From contig CAWGKG010000024.1 of NCBI GenBank assembly GCA_963823035.1, positions 1 to 64,000 on the forward strand: a DNA stretch of 64,000 nt. Reading direction: 5' to 3'. Below the pieces are notes generated by a model that was not told where the DNA came from, searched no databases, and saw only the letters and a program-made list of their open reading frames with translations. Source of the DNA: an uncultured Gemmatimonadales bacterium (lineage in GTDB: Bacteria > Gemmatimonadota > Gemmatimonadetes > Longimicrobiales > Gaopeijiaceae). Shown here piece by piece: positions 54,576 through 64,000 of this stretch. How positions within the stretch are numbered: position 1 is the first letter of the stretch; the number at the start of each line of letters is the position of its first letter. The translations under genes were made by a program, and so were the position numbers.

Positions 54576-56315
54576 CTACGTGGCGGCCGCGGCCTCCGCA
54601 CCGGCGCCCGGTGCCGCTGGATGACGTCGAACTTGAGCCCCGACGCCCGGTCGCCGCGGCCGGGACGCTTCCTGCGCGCCATCCACACGTGCACGCGCCC
54701 GTCCGCGCCGCGGGCGCGCTCCCACCTCCGCGTCACGCTCACGCCGCCGCGCGGCACCTCCTCCTCGTAGATGCGGAGCGCCCGGTCCGATCCCGACCAG
54801 CCGCCCCTTGGCGCCGACCACGGCGGGATCCAGCTCGTCCCAGCTCCCCATGCGCGCGCGGCGCAGGCGCATGTCGGCGCCCTGCCCCGTCCGCTCGGGG
54901 ACGAGCGGGATCCACCAGGGGGGTACCGGGGACTGCAGCCGGTAGCGCCACGGCGGCTCCCCCTCCTCGCGGACCCGGGCGTGCGGCTCCGCCGCCGGCG
55001 CGCCCCTTCCCTGGGGGCGGCGCTTGAGCGCGCCACCCGTGGGCAGCTCGACCGGGTGCTCGATCGCCCAGCCGAGGTTGGCCTGCTCGTCGCGCACGAG
55101 GGTGACGTGCTCGACGGGCTTCCCGTGCTGGCTGTCCGCCAGCGCGGGCGGCACCAGCAGCCAGGGCGCGACGCCCGGCGCGGCCGAGGCGTCGCCCTCC
55201 AGCTCGAAGAAGCGGAAGGGGCGCCGCTTACCGTAGCGGTCGTGGTCGTTCACCGCCGTGGCCTTCACCTCCGCGTCGCCGAACACGTCGATCACCTCGA
55301 GCCGCGTGACCCGGCTGAGCGTCGCGACGTCCACGGAGACGGGCACCACGAACCAGTCGTCGGAGAACACCGTCCCGTACTCGGCCACCACCAGCCGCGC
55401 CACGTCGGCCGGGCCCGCCGAGAGGTTGCCGAAGTAGACGCGCCGGTCCTCGAACTCCCACCAGCGCGGCGCGCCCTGTCCGCGGAACATCGCGGGCTGA
55501 GGGAGCAGCTCCACCGGCTGCGTCTCGGGCTTGCCCGACGCGAGCCCGTGCGAGGCTCCTTGCCGCGGCCACGCGCGAAGGCGTACCAGTCGAGGCGCCC
55601 GCCCGGGTACTCGTCCGCCTCCAGCACGACCTCGCCCTCCCCGGTCGCGACGCCGAGCGAGAAGCCGTACTCGAAACGCTCGTCGACCCAGCAGTCGCCC
55701 GAGACCCCGGGCTGATCGAAGCGGCCGGCGTACTCGGCCCGCCACGCCCGGAAGACCGCGAGCGCGTCCTCCTTGCGTCGCGGGGCGAGCGCCCCGAACT
55801 CGGCCTCCTCGAGCGCGTACAGGCGCCTGCCGTCGAGGCCACGCCGGTCGAGGAGGTCCAGACGGCGCCGCACCCGCTCGGGAAGGAGCGTCGAGTCGAT
55901 GCCCTCGGCCTCGAGGTCGAACCCGAGCGTCGCGGGCCAGTCCACGGCCCGGCGCACCTCGCCGAGGTCCGCCAGCTCGAGGCGCCGCAGGAACTGCGCG
56001 CCCGCCTCGGCCGCCAGCCCGACGGCGCGCGGGCCCGTCGAGCACGGCCTCGGCCTCTACGCGGCACTCCAGCGGCCGACCGGTGCGGAGCGGCTCCACC
56101 TTCGCCCCCGGGGCGGCCTCGTTGCGGAACGTCAGCACCGGGCTCGACTGCACGACGACCCGCGCGTGGATCGGGCTGGCCGCGTCCTCGCCCTTGAACT
56201 CGCCGAGCTGCCACTGGCGCGCCATCATCCAGAGGGGATCGGCGATGCGCGCCTCGACGCTCTCCTCGAGGTCCTCGTCGGCGCTGTTCGGCTCCAGCCG
56301 GTTCCAGATCGTCAT
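54576..56315 (-). CDS. Conserved hypothetical protein E' (paralog of E; frameshifted)
   Basis: MTIWNRLEP, DPLWMMARQWQLGEFKGED, EYPGGRLDWYAF, RWWEFED, RDEQANLGWAIE, YEEEVPR and GLKFD. Confidence 0.85.
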   Translation of the reverse strand: MTIWNRLEPNSADEDLEESVEARIADPLWMMARQWQLGEFKGEDAASPIHARVVVQSSPVLTFRNEAAPGAKVEPLRTGRPLECRVEAEAVLDGPARRRAGGRGGRAVPAAPRAGGPRRGAPGRGLARDARVRPRGRGHRLDAPSRAGAAPSGPPRPAWPRRQAPVRARGGRVRGARPATQGGRARGLPGVAGRVRRPLRSARGLGRLLGRRAFRVRLLARRRDRGGRGRAGGGRVPGRAPRLVRLRAWPRQGASHGLASGKPETQPVELLPQPAMFRGQGAPRWWEFEDRRVYFGNLSAGPADVARLVVAEYGTVFSDDWFVVPVSVDVATLSRVTRLEVIDVFGDAEVKATAVNDHDRYGKRRPFRFFELEGDASAAPGVAPWLLVPPALADSQHGKPVEHVTLVRDEQANLGWAIEHPVELPTGGALKRRPQGRGAPAAEPHARVREEGEPPWRYRLQSPVPPWWIPLVPERTGQGADMRLRRARMGSWDELDPAVVGAKGRLVGIGPGAPHLRGGGAARRRERDAEVGARPRRGRARARVDGAQEASRPRRPGVGAQVRRHPAAPGAGAEAAAAT

Positions 56316-56323
56316 CGTCGGCC

Positions 56324-59300
56324 TCAGGCGGTGGCCTCCGTCTGCAGGGGGCGGGGGGAAGATGGCCGGGAGGTGGTGGCCCCAGGCCGAGAGCGCCTGC
56401 GGGCTGACCGCCCGCAGCCGCGCGTCCTCCAGCGTCTGCATGAGCGTGGCGACGACCAGGTCGAAGTCCCACGCGGTCTCTTCGTCGGGCGTGACCGCCA
56501 GCAGGAGGGCCTGCGGTGGACGCGAGGCCGGCGCGTCGAAGTGGAAGGCGACGCCCGTCGTCTGTCGCGTCGCGGGGATGCGCTCGACCCACTCGTCCAC
56601 GAGCAGCCCGGCAGCCCTCCGCCCGCCGCGGCGCGCGATCCCGCCGTGGTCGACCGCGATCCAGTGCACGCGCCCGCCGTGTCGGGCTCGGGGAGGTGGT
56701 TCGCCACCCAGGGCTCGCCGGCCACGTCGGGACGCTGCCCGACCGCGAGGTCGCGACGACGCGGTCCTGGAGCGTCTCGCTCACCATCGTGGTCTCGTCG
56801 AACACGGCGGTGTCGGGGCGCACCCGGCCGGCCTGCGTCACGAAGCCCGAGATCGCGGCCGGGTCCCCACCGGTGAGGTGTCGCTCGCCGCGAAGAGCGC
56901 GTCGACCGGCTCGTCGCCGCTCGGGGTGAAGCGGGGCATGACCGGGAACGCACGTCCCAGGACGATGCGCACCACGCTCGTCGCGAGCGCCGATCCGGGC
57001 CTCGGGGGTGTCCTCCGCCTCCGCGGCCGCCGCGTGCGCCGTCGAGCGTCGCCAGGCGCCGCTCGACCTTGCGGCCGAGCGACCAGGCGGCGGACCACAG
57101 GCGGGCCGTGTCCGCTTCCGTCTCCGCGAAGCCCACGACCGGGATCGCGCCGAGGAGCGCGTAGCCGGACAGCGCGCGCATCGCGTCGCGCACGACCTGC
57201 GGGCTCGCGGTGCCGATCGGGGTTCGGGTCCGCGGCGGCGTCCCGCTTCTCCGGAAGGAGCTCGAGGAGCACCTCCGCGGCCTTGCGGAAGGGCCCTTCT
57301 CGAGCGCCGGTCGCACCGCTTCATCATCGGGTCCACCGGACGCCGGTGGCGGGGTCGCCCGGAACGCCGAGGTCGCGCGCGTCGAGCGCGCGTGACCGCC
57401 CGAGGAGGGAGCGCAGGAGACGCGCCGGCTCCACGATCTCGGCCATCGTCACCCCGCCCTCCGGTGCGACGTCGAAGTCGATCTCGACGCGGAAGTCCTC
57501 GGGCGGCGCGAACGCCGAGCGCTCACGCAGCGTCGACTCGATCCGCCGGCCCCACCTCGAGTCCTGCGTCGGGGTGGCGGTGGGCGCCTCGAAGACCGCG
57601 TCGAGTGCCGACATGCCCAGCTCGCCCATCGAGATGGGCTCCCACGAGCGAGGCGTTCCCGCTGCCGTCGACCCAGCGGGTGTGCGCGTAGACGTTCGTG
57701 GCCGGCCCGAGCACCGTGCCCGCCCACGCCTCGAGGGCGGGATCGAAGGACGCCCGCGGGCCCTTCGCCCACCCCTCGCGTGCCGGTCGTGTCCCCCAGC
57801 AGGAGCACGACCCTGTGGGTCACGCCCACCCCGGTGACGGGGGTGCGCAGCCCGGCGAGCTCGGGAGGGGCCACCTCGCCCAGGTTGATCGCGTCGAGGG
57901 TGGCCGCCGCGCGGGTCATGTTCCCCTGCGCCACCTCGTGGACGCTCTCCGCGATGGCGGCGTCGCCGGCCGCGTCGAGCGGCGGACCCCACCGCCTCGA
58001 GGTGCTCCGTCAGGACGTCGGACGAACCGGCCGGCAGGTACTCCGCGGGCACGTCGGCGAGGAGCTTGTGCCGGCGTGCCGGTGCGGGCCCACAGGTCGA
58101 GGAGGTCGAGGCCGTCGACAGGGCCGCGCGGGTCGCGCGTGACACCCCCGTCGAGCAGGACCGCCCTGCGCACCGGATCGATCCAGGCGTCCAGCGTGCG
58201 TCGTGCAGCGCGCGCTCGAAGCGGTACCCGAGCGCCTCGCCGAGCCCCACGCCCTGCCGGACGCCGTCGAGGAGCCACGAGCCGGCGCGCACCCGGTCGC
58301 TGCGCAGGTCCACGGCCATCGCGGAGGCGTCGTCGGCCGTGCCGTGCGCGCTCCACCCCGACCGCAGGATGGCCGCGGTCGTGGCCTGCGGGATCGAGGG
58401 GGCGTGGATGAAGCCCTGGCTGTCGAGCGCGCTCGCCGCATCGGGCGCCAGGTCGATCACCCACCCGTAGCCCCCGAGCTGGAGGCCCTGGCCCGTCCGG
58501 CGCAGCTCGTCGAGGCGACGGCGGGCCATCGACGTGAAGTAGGCGTCCAGGCGGTGGCTCGCGAGACCGAGCGTCTCGCGGAGCCGGAGCTCGAGCTCGT
58601 CCTCGGGAAGAGTGGCGAGCGTATCGAGCGCGGCCCGATAGGCGTTCGCCTCGAGCGAGCCCACGCCGTCCACCACGCTGTCGAGGAGCTGGTAGAGGAG
58701 CGGCTCGGCGGTGTGGAACGCGACCGGCAGCGGAAGGTTGTCGCACGGTCCGGGAATGCCACCGCCACCGCCTCCCGGCTCCAGGTCGCCCGGGGCCTTC
58801 TTGCGCGCGCCCGACGCCCGTCGGGAAGCTCCAGCACCGGACCGCCTGGTCGGGGATGCGACTCGACGAGCCCACCCGGCGACCCGGTCGCGGCAGCGAC
58901 GCGCAGGTAATGCGTGGTCGTGGCGATGGTCGGAGTGCACGAGCGGAAGCTCGAAGACCGAGCTGTCCTCGTCGCGGCCGTAGATGCCGTAGAAGAGGGT
59001 CGGGTCGTCCACCTCGTCGGCCACGATCCCCGCGAAGTCGAAGTTGGCCGATCCGATGTCCAGCAGCGGCGACTGCCGCGCCCTGTGCTGCTCGACCAGC
59101 GTGATCATCGAGTCGATCCAGATGCGCGCCGCTGTCGCGATCCGTGGACGACGTCAGGAGCTGGTTCACCCGGCCGCGCAGACTCCTGGAGCGCCTCGAT
59201 CTGCGCGTCGGCGCCCCTGAGCGAGGGCGCGTCGAGCGGCCCGAGCTCGCTCGTCGCGAGGTGCCAGGTGGTCGGCGCCGCCGAGGACCTCGAGCGCCCA

Positions 59301-60947
59301 CCCCCAGCGCCCCAGCACGCTCAGCGCCTCGTAGCCGAAGGTGGGGTCGTCGAAGTACGCGAACGGGAAGAGCGCGGCGGCGAAGGCGTCGCCGAACTCG
59401 TCGATGCTCTCGGTGTCGGTGGTGCGCCAGCTACGCAGCTCCCGCACCAGGAAGCGCGCCGGATGGGGGAGGTTCGCGAGGATCTCCGAGAGCACCGAGT
59501 CCGGGTCGTTGCTCGCCGTGCCCCCGGACGCCCCCAGCACGGGGTCCATGCGCGGCACGACCGTGTCGGCCGCCTCGAGCCACTGCCCGCGGAAGAAGTG
59601 GAGCACGTACTCGAACCAGGGAGAGGCGTCGTGCCACACCGTGGCCGGCTGCGAGTAGCGCACGGGGAGCACGCCGTACGGCTGCGCTCCGACGCGCAGG
59701 CCCGGAAGCGGCGCGCCGCCGCGCACGTCCGCGAGGAAGCGCCGCTTCAGGTCGGACGTGGCCGCGGAGGGGACGCACGAGGGCGTCGACTCCCCCGCGA
59801 GCAGGTGGTCGAAGTACTGCCCCCAGGTGACCGGCCACAGCACACGGTTCATGGCGTTCTGCGCGCTCTCCTCCTCGTCGTCGGCGTGCTCCAGCCGGTC
59901 GAAGAGCGGGTGGCCGGGGCTCCCGAGCGCCTTCCCCGCCCGCTTGCCGTTGCTGTCGCCGGCGGTGGCAGCGTCCGCCCCGTCCAGCTCCCGCGCGAGG
60001 AGCGCGAGCGCGTCGGGCTCGCGGAACGACCACGGCGACGCCACCTGGTCCGTGTTGTTCGTGGGCGTGCCCTGCGGCGCGAAGGCCACCCCGTCCGAGT
60101 AGAGGTGGGCCTGGAGCAGCTTCGTCAGCGCCCGCGCCCCCGCCGATGCGCTCCGCCCCGACACGCCCGACCACGAGGAGCGCGGCGAGGCCGCCGCTGG
60201 CCACGTCGGGGAAGTCCGCGAGGTCGATCGTGAGGGCCATCCCGGCCGAGACCGCCTCGTCGTAGTCGACCATCCAGGCCATCCCCTCGTCGACCGGGAG
60301 CGCCCCGTCCGGCGCGGTGGCGCCGTAGCTCGTCAGGTCGACGCCGGCCTTCAGGTCGTCGCGGACCGGGGCCGTCCACCGGACGAACTCCTGCGCGAGG
60401 CTCCCGTCCGCCGCGCGCGTGAAGCCGACCACCGCCCAGCGGTCGGGGAGGCAGGCCGCCCTCGGCGCCCGCGCCTCCTCGGCGCGTCGGGGGTGCCTTC
60501 TTGCGCTTCGGGTCCGTGTGGCGCGCCACCCACGCCGCCCGGCGGGCCGGGAGCTGCGTCGTCAGCCAGGTGCGTGCCGCCGTCCTGGCGGCCTCGTCGC
60601 CGGCGCCGTGCCGCCTTGCGCCAGGCACGCCAGTAGGCGCGACCGATCTTGATCTCGCGCGGCGTGAGCCCGGTGTCGTGGTCGTCGACGTGCACCTGGT
60701 CGGGGTAGACGCGCACCTTCAGCTTGCGCGCCTGCGTGCCCGTCGGGTCCGTGAACCGGGTCTCGATGCGCGCCGGGAGGAAGAGGACGGGGACGCCGTC
60801 GTCCAGCGCGGCGAAGGCCGCCGACCCCACGCCGATGTCGGGGAGATCCCACCAGTCCCTGGGCCGGTCGATGACCGACGGCACGTCGAACGTCACGTCG
60901 GTGCGCCGCGCGTTCGGGGCGATGCGCTTCCGCTTGGGGCCTTTCAT
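56324..60947 (-). CDS. Conserved hypothetical protein D' (paralog of D; many frameshifts)
   Basis: LPARIETRF, VRVYPDQVHVD, GTPTNN, QPYGVLPV, HRLDAY, GFIHAPS, LGYRFERALHD and DEWVERIP. Confidence 0.85.
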
Positions 60948-60977
60948 GGCTCTTCGTCCTCGTCGTGGGGCGGACAT

Positions 60978-63900
60978 TCAGCGCGCCGACGGCCCCGCAC
61001 CGCCGGCGCCCTCCTCGGGCAGCATGGCGCTGGCGTGGACGAGCATGCGGACGGGGCGCTGCAGGGTGATGCGTGCCATATCCGCGGCGCCCGTGCCCCA
61101 GCGGGCCTCGAACTGGCCACCTTCCGCCGAGTCCGGGTCGTCGTACCACCGCTCGGCGCTCCCGTGCAGCCGTCCGAGGGCGCAGCGCGTGGGGGAGCCC
61201 GGCGCAGGTCCCCGGGGCTCTCGACCTGGTGGTACCAGGAGGCGTTGCGCCAGAAGGTGGGCCGCCGGTCCACGTCCTTCCCCGCCTGCTGCTCGCGGCC
61301 GATGTCCAGGCCGAAGCGCGGCCCGTGCGGCGCCTCCTCGAAGACGAAGAACCACCCACCGTCACGGTCGCCCGTCGTTCCCTCCGGGGATCGGCACGCC
61401 CTTGTCGTCCACCGGGCCGAGCGCTTCCTCCTGCTTCAGGTCGAAGCCGAGGAAGACGGTATCGCGATCGAGCGCCCCCACGAAGAGCGGGTCCTTCCGC
61501 TCGCGCGCGGATCCGTCCTTGTCGAGATCCTCCTCGCGCAGCGTATTCGCCGGCACCTCTTCCCCGTCGCTCCCGGTCCGCTTCTCGTTCCAGACGCCCT
61601 TGGTCGCGTAGATCGACCGTGTCCGGGTACTTGCGGAGGAGGTCGCCCTTGAGGATCAGGACGAGCGTGCCGTCCGCGGCGAAGCCGATCTGGTGGTCGC
61701 CCAGCGACGACCGCATCCCCCGCGCTCCCCGGCTCCACGTCGCCACGGGCGGGATGTCCTCCACGGCCGCGTCCACGTCCTGGTCGGCGGCCGGCACCGC
61801 GTCCCAGAACGTCCGCAACCAGGTGTCGCCCAGGGGCGCAGGGTACTCGCGCCAGAGGAACTCCCGTGCCAGCTCCTCGTTGGCCCCCAGGAGGAAGGCC
61901 TCGACGAAAGCCGCGTTCACCGTGACCAGCCCGACCGTGTCGTCCGGGATCGCCCCGACGCCGGGGAGGAGGAGCTCCGGGTCGATCGCGCGCAGCTTGT
62001 CGTAGAGCGGGTCCGGGAAGGTCGGGGACGCGAAGAGCGCGGCCGGGACGGTCTCGTGGGCGAAGGGCCTCCCGGGCGCGACGATCCTGTCGGCGAGCTT
62101 CGCAGAGAGCGTGGCCTTCGGACGGATTGCGCCTCGAATCTCGGCGGCGGCGGCGGCCAGCTCCGCCTGCCCCTGCACCTCCGGGCGATGGGACACGGTG
62201 CGGGCGGTTTGCTGCGCCCACGACAGCCCCTGCGCGAAGGTGACCGGCATGGACAGGACGGTCACGCCGTCCAGCGGTCCGCGGTCGCGCACCCACACCG
62301 TGCTCGCAAGGGCCCCGGCGGACGCCGCCGTCCGTCGGGCCCGAGCGGCGTCGCCGCCGCCCGGCACGCCGACCACGTTCGTCTCGTCGGCGAGCTGCAC
62401 CCCCGTCGGCCGCACCAGCGCCGTGTGCGCGAGGGCACCGGCGAGGTCGTCGATGCAGGCACGGGTCAGCGCGGTGGCGGGGTTCGCCTCCGCGGCGCGC
62501 AGCGCCGCGCGCGCCCGACCGACCGGTCCCTCCGGGCGACAGAGGCGACGGAAGGCGGACGACACCATCGCGCCGGGGAGCGACGTCGCCTTCAGGCGGC
62601 CGGACACCGTGACGCGCGGCTCCACCCGCAGCCTCTGCGCCGCCGGCGCGGCAGCCTGCACGAGCGCCGCATCGGAGAGCGCGGTCACCTTCGTCTTCTG
62701 CAACTCGCCCAGCTCGGCCGCGAGGCGCGTCCAGTTCAGGACGCGGTTGATCTCGGTGAGCGAGGCGGCCTGGTTCCACGCGCTCGCGAGGAGCGCCTCC
62801 TGGTTGCGACGTACGACCTCCGCGCCCAGCCCTCCGACGGAGCGGTGGTCGGGGTCGAGGTCGGCCTGACCCAGCCAGAGCGGCTCGTGCATCGGGCTCG
62901 AGCTCCTGCGCCCGCGCGCACCGGCTGGGGGATGCGGTCCACGCCGGCGGCCAGCGCGCCGTAGGCCGGCGGGCCCACGACCGGGTCGTTGACGAGCGGG
63001 TCGTACGCCTCGCCCGCCGCGGGCTCGGTGCCGGCGCGCAGCCCCTCCTGCACCAGCGGTCGCATGGCCTGGCGGATCGCGTCCCAGTGGGCCTCGTCCC
63101 GCTCGATCTCGACGGCGGCCGGCGAGACCAGCGCGCCCTTCCAGGAGATCAGCTTCTCCCTCGGCCTGGCGGGCGGGAGCCGGTCGGTGCCCTGGTCGCC
63201 GATGTCGAAGTCGCGCATGCCGGCGTCGAGCTCGCGGGGCGTGAGGCGCCGCACGAGCTCCTCGAAGTCCCCGGCCTCGCCGGTGGCGAACGTCCAGCGA
63301 GTGGTAGACCGGAAGGTCGACGCTCCCCGTAGACGGCGTCCACGCCTTCCACCAGTCGGGATCGGACACGTTCGGGGTCGAGGGCGCGGGCAGCCCCAGC
63401 CCCGCCCTGCGCCCCGCCTCGAAGGTCGGCACGAGCGCCGCGACGTAGCCCGTCGCCGGGTCCAGCCGCCGGGGACAGACGAGCCGTGCGAGGAAGTGCT
63501 CGGGGGAGGAGGCCCACGCCTCGTCCACGCTCGTGCCGGCGAGGTCGGCGGTGCTCTGCACGTGCGCCCACGCCCACGCCTCGTCGAGCGGGGGCAGCTC
63601 GTCCGCCGCGTTGGCGACCGCGAGCACCGGCAGGAGCGCCCCCGACCTCGAGACGATCCGGTTCGAGCCGTCGTCGCGCACCACGACGAGTGCCATCCAG
63701 GGGACCAGCTTGCCGTCGGTGCCGGGCGCGGCCGGCGTGAACATCCACGGGAGGTCGGGCGTGACGAGCTCGAGCGGTGACGAAGTAGTTCTGCTCGAAG
63801 TCGCGCACCCCGTCGGCGGGGTCCGTGCGCGTCGACCTGACCGGCGGCCAGGCCGACCACGTCGCCGGGGCCGCGCACGAGGATCGACTGCGCGACCGGG

Positions 63901-64000
63901 GCGGAGTCGCCCACCCCCGAGCCGTCGCCGACCACCACGGAGGCGTCCACGACCGCCGCCTCCGTCGTGGGCGCACCGTCGACCGCCACGGTGGCGAGGG
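60978..64000 (-). CDS. Conserved hypothetical protein C' (paralog of C; 5' end beyond window; frameshifted)
   Basis: GPGDV, PWMFTP, WAWAH, RLVCPRRL, LPVYH, EFLWREYP, PRFGLD and LQRPVR. Confidence 0.85.

Noticed and set aside
54576..56669. Apparent D'-E' fusion in a single 697-aa ORF
   Set aside because: D and E are separate in cluster 1. An indel in the G-run near 56350 explains the read-through, with a stop at 56324 and an ATG at 56315.
1..64000. tRNA, rRNA or IS transposase genes
   Set aside because: No cloverleaf/T-loop signatures in intergenic gaps, no rRNA-like segment and no DDE or HUH transposase ORF seen.

Overview
High-GC bacterial chromosomal window whose gene content (ECF sigma/Ser-Thr kinase pair, PadR/duplicated ABC permease, propeller-amidohydrolase, DPP IV peptidase) suggests Gemmatimonadota; this taxonomy is an inference. 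Many genes between about 12-19 kb, 21-28 kb, 33-40 kb and 42-64 kb are split by 1-bp indels that look like long-read consensus errors rather than real pseudogenisation. The main finding is an uncharacterised, translationally coupled five-gene operon on the minus strand (22.5-38.2 kb). It encodes a signal-less PhoD-like phosphoesterase (A), a large beta-rich DUF6603-like protein (B) and three large conserved hypothetical proteins (C, D, E). The C-D-E core recurs as a second, diverged paralogous copy in the same order at 54.6-64 kb, running off the window edge. A HerA/FtsK-like ATPase is divergently transcribed from the first copy. A local sigma-54 regulon is readable directly from the DNA: three -24/-12 promoters share an upstream 16-bp motif and lie near an NtrC-type two-component system. 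Other points are a catalytically dead retropepsin-like gene coupled to PadR and a permease with a perfect inverted-repeat operator, an ECF43-like sigma factor with an STTA motif, and an orphan tyrosine recombinase. No rRNA, tRNA or CRISPR array was seen.
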